The notes beneath the pieces are model-generated. The model searched no databases and was not told where the DNA came from. It worked only from the letters and a program-made list of their open reading frames with translations. Position numbers and translations under genes: made by a program. From sequence record OR805294.1: a DNA stretch of 64,000 nucleotides; one strand, 5' to 3'. Numbering within the stretch: position 1 is the first letter of the stretch; each line of letters opens with the position of its first letter. Shown piece by piece: positions 36,648-45,735 of the stretch.

Positions 36648-37520
36648 ATGAAACACAGATATACTGAAAAGTTTTTCTCAGTCCAGGGAGAAAGCCTACA
36701 TACCGGAAAACTATGCACTTGGCTTAGATTTTTCGGATGTTCGTTGCAATGTAGGGGCTTTGGACAAAAAGAACCTGGAAATCCCGAAACATGGGTAGAA
36801 CAACGACCGGATTTAATAGATGTAACAAACATTACAGATTATAAACAATTACCGACTCCTAAGTATGGATGTGATTCAGACTATTCTGTATTTGCTAAAT
36901 TTAAACATCTTGCAACAGAAGTCGATCCTGTTGTAGTTGCAAATGAAATAAAACAATTAATTCCTAGTAAAACATTTGGTAAAAAAATAGGTCATGTATT
37001 TACGGGCGGAGAACCGTTAGTAAACCAAGAATCTATAGTAGATATAGTAAATTATTGGATAGATACTAATGATTATCCTGCATGGATAGGAATAGAAACA
37101 AATACAACTAGACCGTTAGAAAAATGCTTAATCGATTTAGTTAACAGATGTAAATCGATTGGTGTGCAATTTTATTTTTCTATGTCACCCAAACTACTTC
37201 ATGTAGCAGGTGAACAACCCAAACGAGCTATCCATATAAATTTAATGAAGGAATATATAGATATTGCACCGGATAGCTATCTAAAATTTGTAGTAAATGA
37301 AGATCAGCGATCGTGGGATCAAGCAAAAAGTATAGTAGACACATTAAATGCTGACGGGTATTTACCAGATGTGTGGGTTATGCCAGTCGGAGGCATTTAT
37401 TCCCAACAAACAGACCCAGTAATTGGAAGACTTGCAGATAAAGCTATCTTCGAATACGAATGGAATGTTAGTTTACGTGTTCACGTATTAACCTGGGGTG
37501 ACGATCAACTAGGTAGGTAA
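36648..37520 (+). CDS. queE: 7-carboxy-7-deazaguanine synthase (radical SAM)
   Basis: EKFFSVQGES...LRFFGCSLQC...CDSDYS (Cx3C...C cluster motif with insertion), VFTGGEPL, IETN, SMSPKL, LKFVV, WVMPVG, SLRVHV. Confidence 0.92.
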   Translation: MKHRYTEKFFSVQGESLHTGKLCTWLRFFGCSLQCRGFGQKEPGNPETWVEQRPDLIDVTNITDYKQLPTPKYGCDSDYSVFAKFKHLATEVDPVVVANEIKQLIPSKTFGKKIGHVFTGGEPLVNQESIVDIVNYWIDTNDYPAWIGIETNTTRPLEKCLIDLVNRCKSIGVQFYFSMSPKLLHVAGEQPKRAIHINLMKEYIDIAPDSYLKFVVNEDQRSWDQAKSIVDTLNADGYLPDVWVMPVGGIYSQQTDPVIGRLADKAIFEYEWNVSLRVHVLTWGDDQLGR

Positions 37521-37524
37521 AACC

Positions 37525-37944
37525 ATGAACCGTATTATCCTTTCTGTAGTGTTTAGTTTAATATCGTCGTATGCAGTATGCGGAGAAAATAAATCCTATA
37601 TAAATCCGCATCTTCATGGAAAATGCGTCGGGATGGTTACTAAACTGTCTGAATATGCAAATACCGAAGTATTAACTTTAAAATTGTATAATATAGGTCA
37701 GGTACTTCATGCATACGGCAAATACACTGCACTAAAATCGAATAATGCAGATACAGCACTGTATGATCAAGGATTAGTTGACGGAAGAGAAACAGTTTCT
37801 AAAAATATAGAAAATAACAATTTTAATGTTTTAGTAAAATATTATGAAGATAATTGTCTAGAAATATTTTACAAATCTGCAGACTGGTTATATCATAATA
37901 ACATACACCAGTTCAATAAATTAACGGATATTTTTAATAAATGA
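37525..37944 (+). CDS. Hypothetical exported protein
   Basis: N-terminal signal-like MNRIILSVVFSLISSYAVC. Confidence 0.6.
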   Translation: MNRIILSVVFSLISSYAVCGENKSYINPHLHGKCVGMVTKLSEYANTEVLTLKLYNIGQVLHAYGKYTALKSNNADTALYDQGLVDGRETVSKNIENNNFNVLVKYYEDNCLEIFYKSADWLYHNNIHQFNKLTDIFNK

Positions 37945-38552
37945 AAAAAAGATTATTTCCATTTTGGTTATGGCCATATAGCTGGGGATTACCTGCTAAA
38001 CAGAAAGCTATTGCAAAAGCAGAGTATTATCTCGAAGGAGAAGAATTAGATAGGGAATTAGTAGCACTATCGAATGCAACAAGCAAAGCCAAAGAAATTG
38101 AATTATTACATATTGATTTTAAATATGGTAAAATAACAGAATACGAATACGATGTTGCTTTAGCTAACACTCAATACGATCTGGGCCTAGCTTTAGACTT
38201 AAAATTAGCTGATATAGATTTAAAGCATCATAAAATAAATGAAAGGGAACATAGCAAACGAATTGCTACCTTAAGAAAGCTACCTTGGGTAGATATAATA
38301 AAGATAGGCTTGTCTTCCTCTGATATTTCGACAGGAGAAATGGAATTAGACTGGAATGAATATTTTATAGAAGAATTGCACGAATACGGATATGTAGGTA
38401 GGACTGATGAAGAAGTAGTAAATTTATGGTTATCTACTTTATGTAAAAATATCGCATTAGACGAATTCGGTGGAATGGGATCTGTAGACGATCTTTCAGA
38501 AGATAATGACAAAATAGATAGCAAAGAAAACTATAAAAGGGAATTTAAGTAA
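37941..38552 (+). CDS. Conserved jumbo-phage hypothetical protein
   Basis: 203 aa containing ELDWNEYFIEELHEYGY; coupled to the exonuclease gene. Confidence 0.7.
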   Translation: MKKRLFPFWLWPYSWGLPAKQKAIAKAEYYLEGEELDRELVALSNATSKAKEIELLHIDFKYGKITEYEYDVALANTQYDLGLALDLKLADIDLKHHKINEREHSKRIATLRKLPWVDIIKIGLSSSDISTGEMELDWNEYFIEELHEYGYVGRTDEEVVNLWLSTLCKNIALDEFGGMGSVDDLSEDNDKIDSKENYKREFK

Positions 38553-39538
38553 TGTCTAAAACTTATATTTTAATCGATACATTCAACATGTTTCATAGAG
38601 CAAAACATGTAATCAGGTCCTCCTCATTAGATGAAAAAGTAGGCATGTGTCTTCATGTAATGTTTAACAGTATACGCAAAGTATACAGAGACCATTCTGC
38701 AGATCATGCTGTGTTTTGCATAGAAGGCAAATCTTGGCGGAAGGACTTTTATAAAGAATATAAGTTCAACCGAACAGCAGCTAGAATGGCAAGAACAGAA
38801 GCTGAAATCGAAGAAGATGCTGCTTTAATGGAAGCATATAACGATTTAATTACGTTCATTAATGATAAAACAAATTCTAGCGTACTACATCACCATAAAG
38901 CAGAAGCAGATGATATGATAGCTACTTGGATTCAAAATAATCCAAACGATAATCATATTATTGTTAGTTCAGACAGCGATTTTTTCCAGCTATTAGCACC
39001 TAACGTTAAAATATATAATGGAATTACAGAACAACTAATCACATTAGAAGGTTTCTTTGATAATAAAGGCAAACCTGTAATTGATAATAAAACAAAGAAA
39101 CCAAAAGTGGCTCCTGATCCTAAATGGTTATTATTTGAAAAATGCATTAGGGGAGATAAATCTGATTTTATTTTTGCGGCGTATCCAGGTGCAAGAGAAA
39201 CTAGTTCTAAAAATAAAGTAGGTATGCGTGAAGTATTTGCCGATATGGATAATAAAGGTTACGCATGGAATAATTTTATGTTGACAAAAATTACAGATTC
39301 TGCTGGTAATGAATTTGTTGTTCACGATAAGTACGAATTTAACAAAACACTAATTGACTTAACTTGTCAGCCAGATGATCTAAAAACAGAATTTAAAACA
39401 GTCGCAGATGTGGCTCGTAATAAACCGCCCGTATCTAACGTAGGCATCCATTTTTTAAAATTCTGTAATAGATGGGCACTAGAGCAAATCTCTAAATATC
39501 CGGACGAATTTGCAAAACTTCTTAATGCTAAACCATAA
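38552..39538 (+). CDS. 5'-3' exonuclease / flap endonuclease (T4 RNase H-like)
   Basis: YILIDTFNMFHRA, WRKDFYKEYKFNR, EADDMIA, IIVSSDSDFFQL, IRGDKSD. Confidence 0.92.
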   Translation: MSKTYILIDTFNMFHRAKHVIRSSSLDEKVGMCLHVMFNSIRKVYRDHSADHAVFCIEGKSWRKDFYKEYKFNRTAARMARTEAEIEEDAALMEAYNDLITFINDKTNSSVLHHHKAEADDMIATWIQNNPNDNHIIVSSDSDFFQLLAPNVKIYNGITEQLITLEGFFDNKGKPVIDNKTKKPKVAPDPKWLLFEKCIRGDKSDFIFAAYPGARETSSKNKVGMREVFADMDNKGYAWNNFMLTKITDSAGNEFVVHDKYEFNKTLIDLTCQPDDLKTEFKTVADVARNKPPVSNVGIHFLKFCNRWALEQISKYPDEFAKLLNAKP

Positions 39539-39540
39539 TT

Positions 39541-39999
39541 ATGAAATTAAAATCATTAACTGAAACTTCGTGGATTGTGTTAGACAACCAGGGCGATAAA
39601 GTAGGTATACTTACTAGAACCAAAGAAAAGCTCAATCTAATGACTCCTGGCGGATCTATGTTATTCGATACGCAAGATGATGCAAATACATTCTTCGGTG
39701 AAGATATATTCAGTAATATAGTATATGTTAGCAAAACAGAAGAAGTGTTCGAATTAGATGGATGGCCAGTATCTACTGCTAACCCTGTTAGGGCACAATC
39801 AGTAAATAATCTTCCTTGTTACACTAAAACAGAGGGAGGAAAATCAATACACTGTGCCGGATATTATAGTATTAAATTTCCTGGATCATATATAAACAGT
39901 TTTTGTCCTAAACTTTCTACATTAGAAAAATACGAGTTTAGTGGACCTTTCAAAACTGAACTCGAAGCAAGAGCAACAACCAGTATTAATAAAAAATAA
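39541..39999 (+). CDS. Hypothetical protein
   Basis: 152-aa ORF in operon. Confidence 0.7.
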   Translation: MKLKSLTETSWIVLDNQGDKVGILTRTKEKLNLMTPGGSMLFDTQDDANTFFGEDIFSNIVYVSKTEEVFELDGWPVSTANPVRAQSVNNLPCYTKTEGGKSIHCAGYYSIKFPGSYINSFCPKLSTLEKYEFSGPFKTELEARATTSINKK

Positions 40000-40010
40000 G
40001 GAAAATAAAA

Positions 40011-40301
40011 ATGCTCGATAACTATGAACTATTAGCAAAACAAGAATTAGAATCTATGTATAAAAACGTAGTATATGATTTAGGTGCCGACATTCCCACG
40101 ACATTCTTTAATATTAAGTTATCCGAGCACATAGTTCCTAACTCAGAAGCAAATAGAACATTTATAAACAAATATACTAACTTAGTGCATGGTGAATGTA
40201 TGGAATTAGTTTGGTATAGGGCAGTTTGTACAACAGATTCCAAAACAAATAATCTAGTTGTATTAAAATTAGAACGTTGCAGTTCTTATCAGGAAATTTA
40301 A
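40011..40301 (+). CDS. Hypothetical protein
   Basis: 96-aa ORF with an AAGGA RBS. Confidence 0.55.
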   Translation: MLDNYELLAKQELESMYKNVVYDLGADIPTTFFNIKLSEHIVPNSEANRTFINKYTNLVHGECMELVWYRAVCTTDSKTNNLVVLKLERCSSYQEI

Positions 40302-40303
40302 TT

Positions 40304-40849
40304 ATGAACAGAAGAAGTTATGATCCCGATTTGTTTAAACAAATAGAAGAAGACGTAGACTGTTATGTGTTTAAACACGAAATATTTAAAGATATCTATT
40401 TGTTTATGGATGGTTGGGGTCAAAGTCACAGAACAAACGGTCCTGCTCTTATAATTCCTAATGTATGCGAAGTTTGGTATAATCATGGAAAGATACACAG
40501 GGATAACGGTCCTGCATTTTTTGAAATTACAAAAGACAATGAAGTTAGATATTGTTGGGTTTTAGATAACAATATAATTTCATGCAAGGATCAATACGAT
40601 AACGTATTAGGCACAGAAGCATATGGTGCTTGGGTAGAAGCAACATTAATAAATCATCCTAATTTTTTGGTATTTAATACTAACTATGTAACTCATGATT
40701 ATGTATCTACTGCAAAGAATAAGTATATGCTCGGAGCTACCGATATGAAAGAAGATAATTCTAAATGGGCACAGTTGGGTTCGCAACACGATATATATAA
40801 AAATTTTAAACCAATTTGGATGTCGGAAGAAGAATGGATCAATAGCTAA
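40304..40849 (+). CDS. Hypothetical protein with HRxNGPA beta-hairpin repeats
   Basis: HRTNGPA and HRDNGPA repeats; ATG 40304 preferred. Confidence 0.65.
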   Translation: MNRRSYDPDLFKQIEEDVDCYVFKHEIFKDIYLFMDGWGQSHRTNGPALIIPNVCEVWYNHGKIHRDNGPAFFEITKDNEVRYCWVLDNNIISCKDQYDNVLGTEAYGAWVEATLINHPNFLVFNTNYVTHDYVSTAKNKYMLGATDMKEDNSKWAQLGSQHDIYKNFKPIWMSEEEWINS

Positions 40850-40851
40850 TA

Positions 40852-41052
40852 ATGACGTTAGTAGTATTGTACATAATAATCCAATCTATTTTAGTAGGTA
40901 TACTGCATCATTTAGCTATAAGAAATCTTGTATTAAAAGAAAATTGGTTATGTGTATTTATACTATCGACTATATTATGGATATTATGGCCTATAGGTTA
41001 TCTAATATCATGTATATACGCAATGTATATTAAATATAAAAACCCTGTATAG
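40852..41052 (+). CDS. Small membrane protein
   Basis: Two hydrophobic segments. Confidence 0.55.
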   Translation: MTLVVLYIIIQSILVGILHHLAIRNLVLKENWLCVFILSTILWILWPIGYLISCIYAMYIKYKNPV

Positions 41053-41068
41053 TCTATACAGGGTTTTT
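41038..41068. terminator. Bidirectional terminator
   Basis: AAAAACCCTGTATAG-t-CTATACAGGGTTTTT. Confidence 0.8.
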
Positions 41069-41128
41069 ATATACCCAGTAAATTATAAAATCAGATAAAT
41101 AATACGATGGCTATTACTGGAGATATAT

Positions 41129-41422
41129 ATGGCACGTCCAAAACCTACTATCCTTGTTGAACATGTAGATCCAAAAACATATAAATCTGAGCAAATACTC
41201 GAAGCTGAAGCTGTGTTTGCTGTATTTTATAAAGGCGAGCCTATCAATATACGGTCACAGAGTGCATTGATAGATTATGCTCCTAAATATAAGAAATCTA
41301 CATTTGTTAACCCGGGCCATGCACTTAATTTGGCTGAACGTTTAAATGAAATGTTTAAATGCACTGACTTTACTGTTCATAAATTAATTGCAGGAGAAAA
41401 ATACACCGGTGAAGAATACTAA
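41129..41422 (+). CDS. Conserved jumbo-phage hypothetical protein
   Basis: MARPKPTILVEH...; GATAAATA box at 41094 and a GGAG RBS. Confidence 0.75.
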   Translation: MARPKPTILVEHVDPKTYKSEQILEAEAVFAVFYKGEPINIRSQSALIDYAPKYKKSTFVNPGHALNLAERLNEMFKCTDFTVHKLIAGEKYTGEEY

Positions 41423-41759
41423 GCTTAGAGATTCAATTTTCTCTTATTTAAGAGAAAATAACGAATCTTTAACTGAGTTAACAGATATAGAACTTAATCG
41501 TTTTATATTTGCACACCCTTCTAGTTTTAGACTGTCGTATGATGGTCTAAAACTATTTTCAAAACTATTCACTTCTTATACCTACCATATAGATTTTAAA
41601 ATAACTTTCAGACAAAGATTGCTATTAGGTAGGCATCTAAAATTTCCTTATTATTTTAGTGATAAAAGATTAATATTGTTTTCATACGACGATTCTTTAT
41701 ATTTAAATTTAATAGGCGATATAAAACTCTGGTTAGAATCGTTCGAACATAGTGTTTGA
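41388..41759 (+). CDS. Hypothetical protein
   Basis: ORF; GTG at 41409 is an alternative start. Confidence 0.65.
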   Translation: MQEKNTPVKNTKLRDSIFSYLRENNESLTELTDIELNRFIFAHPSSFRLSYDGLKLFSKLFTSYTYHIDFKITFRQRLLLGRHLKFPYYFSDKRLILFSYDDSLYLNLIGDIKLWLESFEHSV

Positions 41760-41784
41760 CATATTTTAAATACTTTTATAAAAT
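41756..41784 (+). promoter_or_regulatory. sigma70 promoter
   Basis: TTGACA-17 bp-TAAAAT. Confidence 0.7.
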
Positions 41785-41813
41785 TACAGTATATAAAGTG
41801 CTGTAAAATTGTC

Positions 41814-42188
41814 ATGAAAAAATCTAAATCTATCACTAGAGCCGAAAACAAAAAACATCAACAATATATAACTAATATGAAATTAGGTGGCAATCCTAAT
41901 AAGTACGGTAAATCTAATACTTATAAAAAACCTAATATAGAACTAAGTCCTAGTATACCTGCATGGGCTACTACACTATCAGAATACAAAAGCATAGAAA
42001 CAAATAAACCTATAAACAATGCTATTCCAGTCAAATATGAAGACGAATTTGCAATAAGAGAAGAAATTGCATTAAAAGAAAAAGAACGTAAAAAACAATT
42101 TGTTGCAGTAGCTTACAACAAGGGCGGATATGTATATTTAGGTGAAAATCCACCCGATGAAATTGTTAAATCAATTGGCAAAAAGTAA
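41814..42188 (+). CDS. Hypothetical basic protein
   Basis: Contains VAVAYNKGGYVY. Confidence 0.65.
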   Translation: MKKSKSITRAENKKHQQYITNMKLGGNPNKYGKSNTYKKPNIELSPSIPAWATTLSEYKSIETNKPINNAIPVKYEDEFAIREEIALKEKERKKQFVAVAYNKGGYVYLGENPPDEIVKSIGKK

Positions 42189-42198
42189 AGGAACATTT

Positions 42199-42507
42199 AT
42201 GTTCTGCACACTACTAAACTTCTTTAAAAAAGATGTAAAGGTATATGCTGTAGTGGTACTTGCTCCTGGCTTAATTTGTTATCTAAGCAAGTTAAATAAT
42301 TTCGATTTAAAGATGGCAACAAGAATTTCTGGTTCAAAATATAAATTAGACGAAAAATTAATCGAAATAATTACTAAAGAAGATGCCATATTAAAAATGA
42401 TATCGGGAGAAATTACTAAAGATGGTAAAAACTATGTTCGCTTTGTAGAAATACCAGATCGTCTTAGACAAGTATTAAAATACCATTACATCGCAAATGT
42501 GATTTAA
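42199..42507 (+). CDS. Hypothetical protein
   Basis: ATG 42199 after AAGGA is preferred over the track start. Confidence 0.55.
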   Translation: MFCTLLNFFKKDVKVYAVVVLAPGLICYLSKLNNFDLKMATRISGSKYKLDEKLIEIITKEDAILKMISGEITKDGKNYVRFVEIPDRLRQVLKYHYIANVI

Positions 42508-42530
42508 TAGAAAAATATCTAAAAAGGAAC

Positions 42531-43082
42531 ATGAATAGTATAAAAATGAAATATTACACTAAATGGTTTTTGATGACACACAGAAATAAAATGTATGATT
42601 TTAAGAATCTATCATTTTATATATTACTAGTAGGAAATGTAGTTTTTAATCCTATTATAGCGAGTTTCTTAATTATTCTCAAAATAATGCAATTATTGCA
42701 AAATAAACCAGAATATTTAGATACTATCCCTGTGCTTAATGAAGTATTTTATATGTTTGTTGCTGAGTTAGTTTCTATATCTTATCGGTTTATAAATAAA
42801 ACACCCGATTATGAAATATTTCATTCTTCGTTTAACAAAAGAAAACCAAAACAACATAAAAATAATACATGCAAAAAAAGAAATGATTGTCTTAACGGGG
42901 GAGAAGAAATTAGCAATAAAAGATCATCATTTTATAATACAGGTGTTAAACTATATAAAGACAGCAAAGATAAAAGAAAACGATATGCTTATCCTAGGCA
43001 ATCCGGTCCGCATGGCTGCCGCTGGTATCCTACATTTAGACTTCCTAAATATTTTAAGAGAAAAAAGAAAAAAGGGCTATAA
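42531..43082 (+). CDS. Hypothetical membrane protein (3' half overlaps another ORF)
   Basis: Hydrophobic N-half; the low-complexity basic C-half overlaps 42811..43131. Confidence 0.45.
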   Translation: MNSIKMKYYTKWFLMTHRNKMYDFKNLSFYILLVGNVVFNPIIASFLIILKIMQLLQNKPEYLDTIPVLNEVFYMFVAELVSISYRFINKTPDYEIFHSSFNKRKPKQHKNNTCKKRNDCLNGGEEISNKRSSFYNTGVKLYKDSKDKRKRYAYPRQSGPHGCRWYPTFRLPKYFKRKKKKGL

Positions 43083-43131
43083 TTGCCCTTTTTTAATGAT
43101 TAAAAAAATTACGTTTTACTATGTTGACTAA
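42811..43131 (+). CDS. Hypothetical protein (overlapping ORF)
   Basis: Protein-like sequence; exact TATAAATA at 42791-42798 just upstream. Confidence 0.45.
   Translation: MKYFILRLTKENQNNIKIIHAKKEMIVLTGEKKLAIKDHHFIIQVLNYIKTAKIKENDMLILGNPVRMAAAGILHLDFLNILREKRKKGYNCPFLMIKKITFYYVD
43068..43094 (+). terminator. Rho-independent terminator
   Basis: AAAAAAGGGC-tataatt-GCCCTTTTTT. Confidence 0.75.
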
Positions 43132-43285
43132 CTATATAGTTATTTGCTTTAATAACATCCTGCTTTGCAAAACAACAAATAATAGCATTCATAAAAATTG
43201 TTAATTATGTGTTGTTTTAAAAGCTACAAGCTGTAAAATGTAGGTGTTAAACAGCAAAACATATTCAACCACAGAGGCATTATAG

Positions 43286-44401
43286 ATGGCTAAAAAAGAA
43301 AACATCGTAGAAACGTATCTTCGTCCGACGGAGTGTGCTGCAATTATCCGCGGCATGTTCAAGGCGAAGCGTCCTGTGTTCCTCTGGGGTCCGCCGGGGG
43401 TAGGCAAGTCGGATATCATCGCCCAGTTGGGTTTCGAGGCTGACCGACCGGTCATCGACATGCGTCTGATCCTCATGGATCCCACTGATATCAAGGGCAT
43501 TCCGTACTACGATCCGAAAACCAATACCATGCGCTGGGCTATTCCGTCCGATCTTCCGCAACCCGGCGAAACTACCCTGGACAACGCCATCTTGTTCCTG
43601 GACGAAATGAACTCGGCGCCGGCGAGCGTTCAGGGCGCTGCATATCAGCTTATCCTGAACCGTGCCATCGGTTCGTATAAGCTGCCCGATGGCGTCGACA
43701 TTGTCGCTGCTGGTAACCGCGATACCGACAAGGGCGTTACTTATCGTATGCCTAGTCCGTTGGCCAACCGTTTCGTTCACTTGCAGATCGAAACCAACTT
43801 CGAGGACTGGCAGCAGTGGGCGCTTAACAACACGGTACACCCGGATGTAGTCGGCTACCTCACTCAGCACAAGCAGAACCTGTTCTGCTTCGATCCCCAA
43901 GATCGTAGCAAGGCGTTTGCTACTCCGCGAGCCTGGAAGTTCGTGTCCGACATCCTCCAGCTCGCAGGAATCAACAAGGACCACCTGCTACGTGCGACTA
44001 TCGCAGGAACCGTCGGCGAAAGTCACAGCTACTCCTTCATGCAGCACATGAAGTATGCTTCGCAGCTTCCGAAGCCGGAAGATGTACTAACCGGCCGGGT
44101 AACCGATCTCAAAGTCGAAGAGATCAGTGCTCGTTACTCGCTCGTGGTCAGTATGTGCTACACTCTAAAAGAGTGGCTGGCTGACGTAGCTGACGCTGAC
44201 AAAAAGTACACTACCGAGGATTGGCACAAGTCGGTAAACTTGTTCTTCGAGTACATGATGAACAACTTTGCCCAAGAAATGGTCATCCTCGGCGCGCGTA
44301 CTGCGTTGCGCGAATACCAACTGCCGATCAACAGAAAGTTGATCCCTTGCTTCACTAAGTTCTTCCAAGAGTACGGCAAGTTTATTGTCGACTCGAACTA
44401 A
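43286..44401 (+). CDS. MoxR-like AAA+ ATPase
   Basis: VFLWGPPGVGKS (Walker A), ILFLDEMNSA (Walker B), VAAGNR, PLANRF, ATPRAW. Confidence 0.92.
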   Translation: MAKKENIVETYLRPTECAAIIRGMFKAKRPVFLWGPPGVGKSDIIAQLGFEADRPVIDMRLILMDPTDIKGIPYYDPKTNTMRWAIPSDLPQPGETTLDNAILFLDEMNSAPASVQGAAYQLILNRAIGSYKLPDGVDIVAAGNRDTDKGVTYRMPSPLANRFVHLQIETNFEDWQQWALNNTVHPDVVGYLTQHKQNLFCFDPQDRSKAFATPRAWKFVSDILQLAGINKDHLLRATIAGTVGESHSYSFMQHMKYASQLPKPEDVLTGRVTDLKVEEISARYSLVVSMCYTLKEWLADVADADKKYTTEDWHKSVNLFFEYMMNNFAQEMVILGARTALREYQLPINRKLIPCFTKFFQEYGKFIVDSN

Positions 44402-44409
44402 GTAAGGGC

Positions 44410-44442
44410 AAAATAAAAGGGGCTTAAAGCCCCTTTTATTTT
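44410..44442 (+). terminator. Rho-independent terminator
   Basis: AAAATAAAAGGGGC-ttaaa-GCCCCTTTTATTTT. Confidence 0.85.
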
Positions 44443-44470
44443 ATATATTAATAGGATACAGAATTATAGA

Positions 44471-44926
44471 ATGAGAACACTAACTTCATCTTTGTTTGTC
44501 ATTATATTGACAATAGTAAATATCCTTTCTGTAATATATATGTATGTTACTAATGTGCCATTAATTTATATGCTTGTTGCATTTCCTAATCAGTGTGTTA
44601 TATTATTAATTTCCTGTGTATACAGAAAAATCATAGCAGAATTTTTTTATATAAAGAGATTTAGTTTTTATAAACTAGAGGTCGTTTTAGATAAGCAAAG
44701 AGGGAGCTCAACAAAATATATTTTAAAATTAAATGTATTGGGCGAAACATATTATTTCGATTTTCATGACAATTCTTTTTGCTGTCTTCCTATTTATGCA
44801 AATTTATATACTAATTCAGAATCATTGGCACTTAAAACATTTCAAAATTATGAAGACCAAGCTGAGCTATATAAAAAGAGCAGCGCCATTACTACTGTAA
44901 TAAAATCTAGTAAAGGTACTAAGTAG
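44471..44926 (+). CDS. Membrane-anchored hypothetical protein (tandem paralog 1)
   Basis: Two N-terminal TM segments; similar to the next two ORFs. Confidence 0.65.
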   Translation: MRTLTSSLFVIILTIVNILSVIYMYVTNVPLIYMLVAFPNQCVILLISCVYRKIIAEFFYIKRFSFYKLEVVLDKQRGSSTKYILKLNVLGETYYFDFHDNSFCCLPIYANLYTNSESLALKTFQNYEDQAELYKKSSAITTVIKSSKGTK

Positions 44927-44927
44927 T

Positions 44928-45380
44928 ATGAGACTTCCGTTCAGTAACATATGTTTAATATTAATACCTTTATTTGCTGTATTGATTACTATATGTATTA
45001 TTCTAGAATACCAAGAACATGTCGTACTGGCACTAGTAATAATACCTTTAATAGTATGTGTACTGTCTGTCAGTATATGCGGGATTGCGATATTGTTTTA
45101 TTTGATGATTCTCTGCGAAATATCGGAAAATAAATATTTTACTTCATTCGAAATAGAAGCTATAAAAAGAAAAGGTAAACCTACATTATATTTTATAAAA
45201 AAGATATGGCTGTCCGAAATATTTTATTTTAATATAAAACAAAATAGATTTTCTATAAGAAGACATATAGATAGTTCGTATGATTCATTGGAAGAAGCAC
45301 TAAAAGAAATAGAACATATATATAAACAATACACAGAGACAGAATATAATAAAGTTGTGTTTAAAAAAGGAAAAAATTAA
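44928..45380 (+). CDS. Membrane-anchored hypothetical protein (tandem paralog 2)
   Basis: Two N-terminal TM segments. Confidence 0.65.
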   Translation: MRLPFSNICLILIPLFAVLITICIILEYQEHVVLALVIIPLIVCVLSVSICGIAILFYLMILCEISENKYFTSFEIEAIKRKGKPTLYFIKKIWLSEIFYFNIKQNRFSIRRHIDSSYDSLEEALKEIEHIYKQYTETEYNKVVFKKGKN

Positions 45381-45381
45381 T

Positions 45382-45735
45382 ATGATCGTCAGCGAGATTA
45401 TATATTCTATTTTCATAGCTGCATTAATAACAGTTATGACTATACTATATATAAGTCTCAGAATAATAACATGTAAGATATTAAATAAGTCATTAAAGAT
45501 TTCAGCTAATGTAATTATATATGGTACCTCTAATATAGAATATGTATATATTCCTGAAATAAAATATAAATTTCTTTCTTTTAAAATAACACATTCTGGT
45601 TTAGTTATGTTTGATAAAGAGTTTGGATTTAGGACACTAAACGATGCCATAAATGCATTAAATATGTATGTAGACACCGATATTATAAAAATAGTATATA
45701 AAAAGGTACCCACATTTTATACTTGGCACGAATAA
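45382..45735 (+). CDS. Membrane-anchored hypothetical protein (tandem paralog 3)
   Basis: ATG 45382 preferred; one N-terminal TM segment. Confidence 0.55.
   Translation: MIVSEIIYSIFIAALITVMTILYISLRIITCKILNKSLKISANVIIYGTSNIEYVYIPEIKYKFLSFKITHSGLVMFDKEFGFRTLNDAINALNMYVDTDIIKIVYKKVPTFYTWHE

Noticed and set aside
43201-44379. Long antisense ORFs (up to 234 aa) opposite moxR
   Set aside because: Explained by the GC-rich codon bias of moxR, which suppresses stops on the opposite strand.
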